Shown piece after piece: positions 28,547 through 38,430 of a stretch of DNA of 64,000 bases. Numbering within the stretch: the stretch's first letter is position 1; the number at the start of each line of letters is the position of its first letter. A model generated the notes under the pieces. The model was not told where the DNA came from. It saw only the letters and a list, made by a program, of their open reading frames with translations, and made no database searches. This DNA comes from Spirochaetia bacterium (GTDB taxonomy: Bacteria; Spirochaetota; Spirochaetia; CADAEX01), in assembly GCA_963662265.2 (NCBI GenBank), contig CAXXHA010000036.1, forward strand, positions 64,001-128,000, read 5' to 3'. The translations under genes and the position numbers were made by a program.

Positions 28547-30271
28547 TTATCTTCTTTTTCTCTTTTTCTCTGTCTTTGCCATTTCAATCATCGGCTTTTT
28601 GCCTCTTTTCATGGATTTGAAAGCCCTGATAATTCTTTCTGCATCGTTGTATGAAGTTGTGACAAAGGAAAATGCATCATATACCTGTATATCTCTGAGG
28701 AATCGGTCCCGTACTCCTGACTTCTTCTCAATCATTTCAGCGAGTTTCCTCTTTGTGAGATTGTTGTCTTTTCTTCCCATCTGGATAAAAAGTCTTGCCT
28801 TTCCCTGTCTGTCTACAGATACATTCCTGATTTCCCTGTAGCTGTTCCTGTCAAGCTCATCCTTATAGGCAGCCTGAAGTACAGCAGCGAGTATGCTCTC
28901 ATGACTGCTTTTTATCATGAGTTCTTCTGCCATTTTTTTGAAATCCGGGCTGATTTCTTCAGAATCAATGTTTTCTATATCAGAAAATATTCTTTCTTTT
29001 TTTGCCTGGATAACATCATCTACTCCGGGGATCTGCATTTTTACTATTTCAGTCTTTGCAACTCTTTTAATGAAAGTCAGTTTCCTGTACTCATCAGGTG
29101 TGACAAATGTAATTGCAACTCCCTCATTTCCTGCCCTGCCTGTTCTTCCTATTCTGTGGACATAGGACTCAGGATCCTGGGGAAGAGAATAATTGATAAC
29201 ATGGGTCAGGTTGTTAATATCAATACCCCTGGCTGCTACATCTGTTGCGACCAGTATTGTTATATTTTTCTTTCTGAATTTCTTGAGTATTATTTCTCTC
29301 TGTGACTGTGTAATATCTCCGTGAAGAGCCGCAGAGTCATATCCTCTTCCTGAAAGGCGGGATGCTACATCATCAACTCCCACTTTTGTTCTGCAGAATA
29401 TCAGTCCGTAAAAATCCTCTTCAATATCGATGATTCTGCAGAGTGCCTCAAATTTATCCCTTTCATTTACTTCGAAATAGATCTGCTCGGTCAGGCCTGT
29501 AACAAGCTGTTCCTTTTCCGAGATTATATGCTCATATTCATCCATGTATTTTTCGCCGATCTTCTTTATTCTGTCCGGCATTGTTGCGGAAAACAGGAGC
29601 ATTTTCCTGTCTTTACCTACAGAATCCAGGATTTCCTCGACTTCATCGATAAATCCCATATTAAGCATTTCATCTGCTTCGTCAAGAACAACATAGGAAA
29701 TGCTGTCAAGCTTCATTGTTTTCCGGTTTATGTGATCTATAACTCTTCCGGGTGTACCTACTACTATGTCTACGCCGCCCCTCAGTTTACTTATCTGCTG
29801 GCTTATTGCCTGCCCTCCGTAAACCGGGATAATTCGTATTCCTCTGTCCCCTTTCAGAGAGTTGAGTTCTTCAGATACCTGAATTGCAAGTTCCCTGGTT
29901 GGTGTGAGAATAAGGGCTTTTATGTTTTTTCCGCCTGATTTTATCTTTTCCAGTATAGGCAGTCCGAATGCTGCTGTTTTTCCTGTTCCTGTCTGTGCCT
30001 GGCCGATTATGTCCCTGTCTCCTTCGAGAAGCAGGGGAATGATTTTCTGCTGAATTCCTGTCGGTTCTTCGAATCCTTTTTCTTTAAGCGCCTTGAGTGT
30101 TTTTTCCGACAGCCCTAGTTTTTCAAATGAGTCTGTTTCTTTGATAATTTTTTTACCATCCTGTATTTTTTGTAAGCCCTGTATCTGCAGAGCCGCCCTT
30201 TTTTGGGCTTGTTGAATCTCATACCGTGAGATTTTCCAACCGGGTGAAGAATCATTTGTTTTTTCGGGCAT
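28547..30271 (-). CDS. deaD: DEAD-box RNA helicase with C-terminal DbpA-type RNA-binding domain (DeaD/CsdA-like); start codon uncertain
   Basis: Q motif, AQTGTGKT, PTRELA, DEAD, SAT, HRIGRTGRAG and the DbpA RBD. Confidence 0.9.
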   Translation of the reverse strand: MPEKTNDSSPGWKISRYEIQQAQKRAALQIQGLQKIQDGKKIIKETDSFEKLGLSEKTLKALKEKGFEEPTGIQQKIIPLLLEGDRDIIGQAQTGTGKTAAFGLPILEKIKSGGKNIKALILTPTRELAIQVSEELNSLKGDRGIRIIPVYGGQAISQQISKLRGGVDIVVGTPGRVIDHINRKTMKLDSISYVVLDEADEMLNMGFIDEVEEILDSVGKDRKMLLFSATMPDRIKKIGEKYMDEYEHIISEKEQLVTGLTEQIYFEVNERDKFEALCRIIDIEEDFYGLIFCRTKVGVDDVASRLSGRGYDSAALHGDITQSQREIILKKFRKKNITILVATDVAARGIDINNLTHVINYSLPQDPESYVHRIGRTGRAGNEGVAITFVTPDEYRKLTFIKRVAKTEIVKMQIPGVDDVIQAKKERIFSDIENIDSEEISPDFKKMAEELMIKSSHESILAAVLQAAYKDELDRNSYREIRNVSVDRQGKARLFIQMGRKDNNLTKRKLAEMIEKKSGVRDRFLRDIQVYDAFSFVTTSYNDAERIIRAFKSMKRGKKPMIEMAKTEKKRKRR

Positions 30272-30583
30272 CTCAAGAGTCTGATTTACTGTACAACTTA
30301 AAGACTAAGCCGGAAATCGGCCTGTACAAAAGCAGCGGCAATTTAAAATACTTTGAATATATCCGGAAAGAATCACCTTTATTGATTTCAATGGTTTTTC
30401 AGTATCAATATTATCTCAGTGAAATGTTAAAACCTTTTCCGGTTCAATTGAACTGCCCGGGCAGGAGCTGTTGACCAGTCCTTACGACATATAATGTTAA
30501 TTATTATCTCCGCCAGGTTCCGTATTTTATAACATAATACAGTTAGTTAGGATAGAGCTGACCTGTTAAAATAACAGCTATTA

Positions 30584-30613
30584 TTGACTGTTTTTTTCAA
30601 TATACACTATAAT
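30584..30613 (+). promoter_or_regulatory. Putative sigma70 promoter upstream of the yjdF riboswitch
   Basis: TTGACT-18 nt-TATAAT. Confidence 0.5.
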
Positions 30614-30706
30614 GGCATTATAAAAATTGAATGTGCAGTTACGGAATAATTCATAATAAAATAATATTTCATATTAACTGTAAATTCAGTTGAAAACTCA
30701 TATATC

Positions 30707-30812
30707 GGCAATGATAAAAACGCGTACCGGTAGGTAGCCCGGTAGGGGAAGCAGCTTTCAATATAGATTGCTTCCCATGTATCCATTCTTTTCTGAATGT
30801 CCGTTCATAGCC
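30707..30812 (+). ncRNA. yjdF riboswitch (azaaromatic-sensing cis-regulatory RNA)
   Basis: GGCAATGA-TAAAAACGCG-TACCGGTAGGTAGCCCGGTA...GGGAAGCA/TGCTTCCC stem...ATGTCCG-TTCATAGCC; this matches the layout of the B. subtilis yjdF RNA and lies directly 5' of a YjdF gene. Confidence 0.8.
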
Positions 30813-30837
30813 TTCTTAAGAAATTTAAGGGGGAATT

Positions 30838-31248
30838 ATGGACAGGATGGAATTCCTGATTTTTTTTAAAAAACCTTTCTGGACTGGTCTGTGTACAAGA
30901 TATACAGATGACGGAATATTTTCCGCAATTCATGTATTTGGCTCCGAACCGACAAACGGGGAAATTACCGACTTTTATCTGAATCATTTTGACAGGCTTG
31001 AATTTGTCAGATGCGACACAGATGCTGAGTATTCAGGAATAAAAAAGGTATCATTCAAAAAATCGCTTCATAAGGGAAAGACAGAGCAGAAAAAAGGGAC
31101 AGGCAGATCGCTTGAACTTAATAAAGCTGCCATGTCAAAGCACCTTGAAGAGAAGAAAATGCTGAAAAAACAGGATAAAAGAGAACAGTTCCGTGAAAAA
31201 TATCTTCAGAAAGCGAGAAAGAGAAAAGATAAAAAGAGGGGGCATTGA
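30838..31248 (+). CDS. yjdF: YjdF family protein (DUF2992)
   Basis: IFFKKPFWTG, HVFGSEPTNGEI and a basic tail ending KKRGH. Confidence 0.88.
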   Translation: MDRMEFLIFFKKPFWTGLCTRYTDDGIFSAIHVFGSEPTNGEITDFYLNHFDRLEFVRCDTDAEYSGIKKVSFKKSLHKGKTEQKKGTGRSLELNKAAMSKHLEEKKMLKKQDKREQFREKYLQKARKRKDKKRGH

Positions 31249-32187
31249 TTAAATTACCAGCGAGGCTGCTCCGAGTATTGCCGCATCCTGTTCAGGCAGG
31301 GACGAAGTTGTGATTTCCACTTTATGTGTCTTGTATGTTTCAAGAACTTCTCTTTCGAAATATTTTTTTACAGGATCAAGAAGAATGTTTCCGCTTTTAA
31401 TCAGCCCTCCCGCAACAATAATTGCTTCAGGCGAGAATATATGTACAAGGTCTGCGAAAAATGATGCCAGTAGTTTTCCTGTGTAGTTGAAAATATCAAG
31501 AGCTGTTTCATCTTCCAGAAGAGCCGCATCATAAATCTCTTTAGCAGTAAGGTTGTCCTTTCCAATCCTATTCAGAATGGACAGTTTCTGGCTGTCTCTG
31601 TCCATTATTTCCTTTGCTGTCTCTACAAATCCTGTCGCAGAAGCATACCTCTCTATGCAGCCTTTTCTTCCGCAGTTGCATTTCCGTCCGTCCGGAACAG
31701 CTTTTATATGGCCGATTTCTCCCGCAAATCCGTACTTCCCGTAAAGTAGCTTTGAATCTGTGAAAATTCCACCGCCTATGCCTGTACCCAGTGTCACTAC
31801 AATGAAATCAGTGTAATTCTTTGCCTTTCCGAAATTCTTTTCTCCAAGAGCAGCTGCATTTGCATCATTTGTTATCAGTGAATTAATGCCCGGAAGAATT
31901 CCCGATGTCATGTCTACCAGCCCTCTCCATGGAAGATTTGGAGCATATTCAATTTTCCCTGTATAGAAATTACCGTTCGGAGCGCCGATTCCTATGCCTG
32001 ATACTGTTATATTGTTTTCATCAGCTATTCTGCTGATTGTTTCTGAAAGGTGTGATTTGAAGCTGCCTATTTCAGGATAATCTGCAGTAGGAAAACTGTC
32101 TCTTCCGACAATTTCCCCTTCATGTGAGACTATGCCGACTTTCGTGTTTGTTCCTCCGATATCAATTCCAGCTGAATATTTTTTCAT
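31249..32187 (-). CDS. ROK family sugar kinase (glucokinase)
   Basis: Motifs GIDIGGT, NDANAAALGE, TLGTGIGGG, GEIGH and CNCGRKGCIE. Confidence 0.93.
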   Translation of the reverse strand: MKKYSAGIDIGGTNTKVGIVSHEGEIVGRDSFPTADYPEIGSFKSHLSETISRIADENNITVSGIGIGAPNGNFYTGKIEYAPNLPWRGLVDMTSGILPGINSLITNDANAAALGEKNFGKAKNYTDFIVVTLGTGIGGGIFTDSKLLYGKYGFAGEIGHIKAVPDGRKCNCGRKGCIERYASATGFVETAKEIMDRDSQKLSILNRIGKDNLTAKEIYDAALLEDETALDIFNYTGKLLASFFADLVHIFSPEAIIVAGGLIKSGNILLDPVKKYFEREVLETYKTHKVEITTSSLPEQDAAILGAASLVI

Positions 32188-34075
32188 CTTTGTCTCCCGA
32201 CTTCAAACTTGATTTTTTGTCTTCATAAAGGGCACAGCAGTTTTTTCGCGTCTTTGCTTTATAAAGAGCATAATCAGCTTCTTTCAGAGTTTTTTCCCAG
32301 TTTGTCTGCTTCTCAGAAGGGTTGTAGTAGCTTATGCCTACACTGATTGTGACATATTCGTTATAGAGGGAATTCCTGTTGGGTATTTTCAGATTTTCCA
32401 CATTTGATCTCAGTTTTTCTGCAATATTATAACTGTCTTCCAGGCTTATGTTTGAAATAATTATTGTGAATTCCTCACCGCCGTACCTGAAAAGCATATC
32501 ATTTTCCCTGTTAAGTTCCCTGTTCATTGCATCTGTTACTTTTTTGAGACAGATGTCCCCTTCCTGGTGGCCGTATGTATCGTTAAATATTTTAAAATTA
32601 TCTATATCGATCATAAAAACTGAAGTTGATTCGCCAATGAAGTTGTTTCTCTCCCAGTGAAGTTTTATGTATTCATCAAAATGTCTCCTGTTGGAAACTT
32701 CTGTAAGCGGGTCAATATATGACAGTTTTCTCAAATTTTCCTTGTCTTTTTCAGAAGTTATCAGGGCATTATGCAGCTGCTTGAGTTTGTTGAATGCTCT
32801 GATTGAGAGTATTGTGTTTCCTGCTGTCAGGTAGAGTATAAAACCTGTAAACAGCAGAAACGGAGCATCTGACGGGAGTGCCAGGTTATCGTCAAGGACT
32901 GCCGCGATAAAAGCTGTTACAAATATATACATTCCGATAAGCTGTGTCAGCGGGGTTGTGTTGCGGGTCGTAATAAACAGGTATAAAAGCCTTGTTACCA
33001 GGAACAGGGCAAGAACCAGGTTTGCAGCTTCAAGATAAAGAAGGTACCTTGAAAATATATTGCTTCTGAAAAACAGGATAAAGCAGGTAAGCAGGAGGGC
33101 CAGGGATATTATTGCTATATATGTTTTTCTTCCGAATATTCTTGAATAAATGCTTTTTACATAACATGAGAAAACAGGAAACGGCAGGAGAAAGGATAGA
33201 TATATCATTTTCGCCCTTATTTCTCCGGTAAGCCCTGTAAAAACTGTTTTCAGTATCATTTCCTGCTTAAGCCCGCAGAATGTGATAATTGTACAGCAGA
33301 GTATTATCAGAAGGAAATTATTAGTTCCGCCCCGCTTTCTGTTAAGGAAGAGGAAAAGTATGTTGTAGAAGATTACAGTGAGGGATATTCCATGCAGGAT
33401 ACTGTTGTAGACAAGCTTTTTCTCCCTGTAATTTTTAAGGGTATTGTATTCTCCGAAATAGACAGGCCTGTTAAGTCCACCCCGTTTTTCTGTGAGGTTC
33501 CCGACCATGATAGTAAGTTCAATATCATTCCCGCACCCTGTTATAGGTATTACACCCGGGCGGCTTTCATCCCTGTATATATCCGGGTCGGGTGAAATTG
33601 TACCTACAGAATAATATTCGTTTCTGTTAATAAACAGCTTGTAGGTATCCATAACATTTGTAAGTTTCAGAGCAGGTATTCTTATATTACCATCGTGGCT
33701 GATTCTGATCCTGTATATTCCCAGGCCCCGGCTCCCTGATTTCCAGTATCCCGGGACAGCTTCTTTCCTGCTGAATGTATCAGGTATCAGGGTGCTGTCA
33801 ACTGTTTCAGGGATTTCAGGATACCATTCAAAATCCCAGTCTCCGTTAAGCTGAATAAAATCCGCATCATTTGAATTTATATATAGAACACTGTCTGATA
33901 TCCTGTGCCGGATATCCGGTTTTTCCTCTGAAAATATTGTGATTACTATAACAGCGGCAATCATTATGTTGACGAGAATAAATGATATAATCAGCTCTCT
34001 GGCTGTGAAATAACGTTCCGGATCGCTTTCCAGACAGAATTTCCCTCCGGTAATACTGGCTTGGGGTAATGACAT
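32162..34075 (-). CDS. Membrane diguanylate cyclase with 7TM-DISM-type sensor
   Basis: LNGDWDF carbohydrate-binding-like extracellular domain; about 7 TMs; DPLTEVSNRR; REND-x5-GGEEF. Confidence 0.88.
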   Translation of the reverse strand: MSLPQASITGGKFCLESDPERYFTARELIISFILVNIMIAAVIVITIFSEEKPDIRHRISDSVLYINSNDADFIQLNGDWDFEWYPEIPETVDSTLIPDTFSRKEAVPGYWKSGSRGLGIYRIRISHDGNIRIPALKLTNVMDTYKLFINRNEYYSVGTISPDPDIYRDESRPGVIPITGCGNDIELTIMVGNLTEKRGGLNRPVYFGEYNTLKNYREKKLVYNSILHGISLTVIFYNILFLFLNRKRGGTNNFLLIILCCTIITFCGLKQEMILKTVFTGLTGEIRAKMIYLSFLLPFPVFSCYVKSIYSRIFGRKTYIAIISLALLLTCFILFFRSNIFSRYLLYLEAANLVLALFLVTRLLYLFITTRNTTPLTQLIGMYIFVTAFIAAVLDDNLALPSDAPFLLFTGFILYLTAGNTILSIRAFNKLKQLHNALITSEKDKENLRKLSYIDPLTEVSNRRHFDEYIKLHWERNNFIGESTSVFMIDIDNFKIFNDTYGHQEGDICLKKVTDAMNRELNRENDMLFRYGGEEFTIIISNISLEDSYNIAEKLRSNVENLKIPNRNSLYNEYVTISVGISYYNPSEKQTNWEKTLKEADYALYKAKTRKNCCALYEDKKSSLKSGDKDEKIFSWN

Positions 34076-34114
34076 GTTAATTATGATATTTTAATATCAT
34101 CAAATTAGCAAGAT

Positions 34115-35365
34115 TTATCCTGCATATTTCATCAATCTATGCCACCATCTGTATTCAGATGTCTTGTATTTTAATGCTTCTTCATATGATACATGCCGGA
34201 GGTTTTTTCTTATTTCATCAAGACTCCTGTTCATGATGTAAAAAGATTTCCTGTCAAAAAACATTATATTGGCCTCATCGGAAAGTTCCAGGGACCTCTT
34301 GTTGAAATTTGCAGAGCCGACAGAAAAGAATTTATCATCTACTATGAAAGCTTTGAAATGGAGCGGTGAGTTTTCATAAATAAAGACATCGGCTCCCGCA
34401 TCCATCAGATCCTTTATCCCGTAGAAAGAAGCAAAGTGATATTTTTCATGGTTTACTAGTTCTGACAGTACAATAAAGACTTCTACTCCCCTTTCTTCCA
34501 TTTCCCTGACATAGAGAATTATTTTTTCATCAATAAATGTGTAGGGCTGAATAATCCATACTTCTTTTTCAGCATACCTGAACATTGTGTTAACCATAAA
34601 TTCCATTACCGGTTTTTCTTTCGATGTGTCCTGGTTGAAAAGTACGATATTGGTTTCAAATATTTCTGTTTCAGGTATTGCAAAGTAATCTTTTCTTATA
34701 TCGTATGGGGAATATTTGTTCCAGTTTGTGACAAAGGAATCAAGGAGCTGCTCAGCTGTTCCCGGGGATTCAACAAGAACCATTCCGTCAGTATTTCCCC
34801 TTTCATCAGACGGCTGAAGTGATGTGTTTATTATATTACACCCGCCAAGCAGAACATACCTGCCGTCAATTATCCAGTATTTTCTGTGATCTCTGAACAG
34901 CAGTTTTACCGGGTCCAGGAATTTTATGAACCTGATGGGATTGTATTCAACAAAAGGGATATGATGCTTGTGGAGATAAATAAACCCTGATTCCTTTCCC
35001 ATGAAGTGACTGGATGAATCCGCCATTATATAGACGCTTATTCCCTCTTCATATTTTTTTCTCAGTGCTTCAAGAATAATATGGCCGTATTCATCATTGA
35101 GAATAAGGTATGTGTTGACAATAATATATTTTTCCGCCCTGTTTATCAGTTCAAGCATCCCGTTTCTGACTTCATTTCCCTTGAAGTAAAGAACCGGATA
35201 GGAAGATGCAAAAGGGGGCTGAAGCCCGTATTTTTTTGCATATTTTTTTACTATTTTAAAATCGCTTTTATCATCAAGCGGAACAGATTTTACAGAAGTT
35301 GAACATGATGTTAAAATTATTGGAAGTATTATTAAAATTGTTAAAAAAAATTGTTTCTTTTTCAT
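34115..35365 (-). CDS. Phospholipase D / cardiolipin synthase family lipoprotein
   Basis: Two HKD motifs (HRKYWIID, HFKAFIVD...GSAN); lipobox ILTSC. Confidence 0.9.
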   Translation of the reverse strand: MKKKQFFLTILIILPIILTSCSTSVKSVPLDDKSDFKIVKKYAKKYGLQPPFASSYPVLYFKGNEVRNGMLELINRAEKYIIVNTYLILNDEYGHIILEALRKKYEEGISVYIMADSSSHFMGKESGFIYLHKHHIPFVEYNPIRFIKFLDPVKLLFRDHRKYWIIDGRYVLLGGCNIINTSLQPSDERGNTDGMVLVESPGTAEQLLDSFVTNWNKYSPYDIRKDYFAIPETEIFETNIVLFNQDTSKEKPVMEFMVNTMFRYAEKEVWIIQPYTFIDEKIILYVREMEERGVEVFIVLSELVNHEKYHFASFYGIKDLMDAGADVFIYENSPLHFKAFIVDDKFFSVGSANFNKRSLELSDEANIMFFDRKSFYIMNRSLDEIRKNLRHVSYEEALKYKTSEYRWWHRLMKYAG

Positions 35366-35668
35366 AAAATATAAATATTATTAATAATATAGGAAATCAA
35401 GTGTATATTTTTTTTATTTCCTGTGGATGGAGGATATGCTCTGTTTTATACTGTCCGGGATTGCACATAGAGGGATGAGCCGCTGTTTTGTTTTTCAGGC
35501 ATTATATTTTTTATGTTTTGAAATATAAGTATGATTTTCTTGTGTAAAAAGATACTAAGTTTTTTTAAATGTGTAAAAAGTTATTAAAAACAAATTAATC
35601 ATTAAAAAAGTTATTATTATTGTAGTAATAATATAAAAACATTAGTATATTTTGTGTGAATAAACAGG

Positions 35669-36160
35669 ATGAGAGAGGTAAAGGTTTTGGTAATACGTAG
35701 AGGTCGGGTTGTAACAATAGAGTATTCTCTCAAGGATGAGCACGGAAACGTTATTGATTCAAGTGAATCTAACGGACCGCTTTCGTACCTGCACGGATAC
35801 AAAAATATTGTTCTTGGTCTGGAAGAGGCGCTTGAGGGAAAAGATGTGGATGATAAAATTTCTGTTTCTGTTCCCCCGGAGAAAGGTTATGGTGTAAGGG
35901 ATGAAGCGATGGTTTTTACAGTACCTGCTGAAAATTTCAGAAATGAAGAGGGTACTCTTGAGCCTGGTATGGAGTTCGACACAGCTGTAAATGGTACCCC
36001 TTATGTGCTCACAGTACTCGAGGTACTTGGTGATAATGTTAAAGTTGATGCTAACCATCCGCTTGCCGGAAAACCGCTTTATTTCGATGTGAAAGTACTG
36101 AAAGTCAGAGAATCCTATACTGAAGAAAAAGTAAAAGGTCATCCACTGGAAGATCTCTGA
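35669..36160 (+). CDS. slyD: FKBP-type peptidyl-prolyl isomerase SlyD (no His/Cys-rich tail; true start may be TTG 35687)
   Basis: Motifs VTIEYSL, YLHG, GLEEAL, PEKGYG and DANHPLAGK. Confidence 0.92.
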   Translation: MREVKVLVIRRGRVVTIEYSLKDEHGNVIDSSESNGPLSYLHGYKNIVLGLEEALEGKDVDDKISVSVPPEKGYGVRDEAMVFTVPAENFRNEEGTLEPGMEFDTAVNGTPYVLTVLEVLGDNVKVDANHPLAGKPLYFDVKVLKVRESYTEEKVKGHPLEDL

Positions 36161-36201
36161 TTCCAGACAATGATGAAATGTGAAAAAAGATGGAAATTGA
36201 T

Positions 36202-36234
36202 AAGCTGCGGGATAATATGACTGCAGCTTTTTTT
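36202..36234 (+). terminator. Intrinsic terminator after slyD
   Basis: AAGCTGCGG-loop-CTGCAGCTT followed by a T-run. Confidence 0.7.
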
Positions 36235-36482
36235 ATTTGTGTGTCCTTCTGGGCCGCATCCCGCATGGACGAGAGAGTCCTCTAATATCTGTTATCAGTG
36301 TAATTTTTCAGGATTGAATATGGCTGTTCGTGTATTTAATACACTGTGGTACATTGTGACCCTTTTGTACAGTGAACCCTTTTGGGTACCTTTGGAATAT
36401 CATTTCACTTCACAATGCTCTGAGCCGGCAGTATACAGGCGGTTTATATGTTCCTGTATCATGATGCAGTTTGTAATCACAG

Positions 36483-36538
36483 GTATTCTAAAACTTATTA
36501 TGGTTTCTAAAGAAAAAACTGAATAAGTTTTAGAATAC
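36483..36538. repeat. Perfect 17-bp inverted repeat with 22-nt spacer
   Basis: GTATTCTAAAACTTATT (36483-36499) pairs with AATAAGTTTTAGAATAC (36522-36538). Confidence 0.75.
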
Positions 36539-36543
36539 TCTGA

Positions 36544-36747
36544 TTATGTGAGCATGAATGTGAGTCCAAGAAGAAGACAGATCCTTCCTGTCATCTTTAT
36601 GCCTCTGTAGTATCTTGCATGAAGTTCATCCCATTTTTCAGGATTTTTCGGGTTATGGGGGAGTGCCTTGTATTCCACCAGAAAAAAAACTATGCCGACT
36701 AGTATTAATACTGCAGCTGCGGCTTTTTTAAGTATTACTGATTCCAT
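36544..36747 (-). CDS. Small two-TM membrane protein
   Basis: 67 aa with two hydrophobic helices; AAGGAAG RBS upstream. Confidence 0.6.
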   Translation of the reverse strand: MESVILKKAAAAVLILVGIVFFLVEYKALPHNPKNPEKWDELHARYYRGIKMTGRICLLLGLTFMLT

Positions 36748-36816
36748 TATTCTTCCTTATTGTCGAGTTCTAAGGTGCATAGAATACAGTAAATGCTGTT
36801 TTTGTTAAAGAGCTGG

Positions 36817-38154
36817 TTATATCCTGTTGCCGGATGAATGCAGCATGATTTCACTGTCTATCTTATTTTTTTCCACGAAGAATCTTTCAAGTTCAGATTC
36901 TGAGAGTTTCCTTTCAGGCGGTGTTTTTATTGTGGACGGGTTGATTTTTCTTCCCCTGAATATTACCTCATAATGTAGGTGGTATCCTGTGGAAGTACCT
37001 GTTGTCCCTACATAGCCTATTACCTGCCCCTGCCTTACTCTGGTCCCTTTCCTTATGCTGTTTCCATATAAATTCAGATGGGCATAAAGAGTCTTATACT
37101 GGTTTGCATGCCTGATTATTACACATTTTCCATATCCGCCGTTCCATGCTGCAAGTTCGACTGTTCCGTTCCCTGAAGCCATTATAGGGGTGTTTTTCGG
37201 AGCTGCAAAATCAAGTGCCCTGTGTACGTGTGAATAGCCTGATATTGGATGCTTCCTTCGCCCGTATCCTGATGAAATTCTTGCTCCATAGATAGGGGTC
37301 TTCAGCAGGGTTTTCCTGACGCTTTTCCCCTCTTCGCTGAAATAATCAGTTTTATCGTCATCAGTTTTAAAACGGTAGATGTTGAGAGGTTTATTTCTAA
37401 GCTGCATGTCAAGTTTTGCATAAATAATATCGCCTTTTGAAATAATTTCCCCGTCGCTGTTCATAATGTTTTCATAATATACCTTGAATGTATCTCCCTG
37501 GTATATATCTCTCTGAAAGTCTACATCAAATGAACACAGATGAAAAAAATCCATGATAGCGGAATCTGGAAGGCCTGCTCTTTTTGCATCCAGATAAAGG
37601 CTGTCGGTAATGGTTCCTTCTGCCGTCTTTTTTATTTTTATTGTTTTTACAGGTACTGTCCTTGCAGCATATGTTCCGTTACGCAGCGATACTCTTGCTT
37701 CTGTTCCCGGGTTTTTTTCGATTCTCAAGAGTTCAATAAACGGGTACTGGTTGTTTTCCCCTTTGTACATTATCAGTTTTATTTTCTGACCCGGCTTCAG
37801 GTATCTGGGATTATAAAGAGGGGTGAGGTGTTTTACGATATCAGATATATCATCTGATCTTACTCCTGTTGATTCAAGAATTGAGAGCAGTGTTTCTCCT
37901 CTCTTTACAGTAATTTCCTTTTCATATCTGTTAACTTCGAGTTCAAAGACATTATCCACATCTTCAGGTGCTGCTTTTTTTATCTGCTGCCTGCTTTCCG
38001 CGTACTGTATGGTTATTATTGAAAATACCAGAAATGTGCTTAAAAAAACCGGAAAAAATTTCCATGCAGTTATTTTTTTCAGAATATATATAAAATCAGT
38101 GTTTGAGATTTTTTTTAATTTTGCAGGCAGTTCGGTGATCATACAACTCCTCAT
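36817..38154 (-). CDS. M23 family peptidoglycan DD-endopeptidase (MepM/Csd3-like, LysM-like N-region)
   Basis: HRALD (HxxxD), YAHL and HLHYEV; N-terminal TM. Confidence 0.92.
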   Translation of the reverse strand: MRSCMITELPAKLKKISNTDFIYILKKITAWKFFPVFLSTFLVFSIITIQYAESRQQIKKAAPEDVDNVFELEVNRYEKEITVKRGETLLSILESTGVRSDDISDIVKHLTPLYNPRYLKPGQKIKLIMYKGENNQYPFIELLRIEKNPGTEARVSLRNGTYAARTVPVKTIKIKKTAEGTITDSLYLDAKRAGLPDSAIMDFFHLCSFDVDFQRDIYQGDTFKVYYENIMNSDGEIISKGDIIYAKLDMQLRNKPLNIYRFKTDDDKTDYFSEEGKSVRKTLLKTPIYGARISSGYGRRKHPISGYSHVHRALDFAAPKNTPIMASGNGTVELAAWNGGYGKCVIIRHANQYKTLYAHLNLYGNSIRKGTRVRQGQVIGYVGTTGTSTGYHLHYEVIFRGRKINPSTIKTPPERKLSESELERFFVEKNKIDSEIMLHSSGNRI

Positions 38155-38430
38155 TTAAGCATGCTGCAGCCGGATATGCTGATAAAATATTCTGAAATCC
38201 GGTACTGAGTGACTGGTTTCTTTTGCGTTATTCAAAACAAAAAAAGCAAAAAATTCCGGCAGATAACTGTATCAGAATACATGAATATCCAAAATCAGTA
38301 ATATAAGTATCGGAATAAAATATTGTATAATTAATGATAACATATGTGCAGAACGGCAGCAACAAAAAAGTGTTGCATCCAGACATCTTAAGGTGTAACA
38401 TTTTAAGTATCTAATAATGGAGGAAGTCTA

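Noticed and set aside
36239-36526. 95-aa intergenic ORF
   Set aside because: GTG start directly after a terminator, no RBS, atypical composition and no motif.
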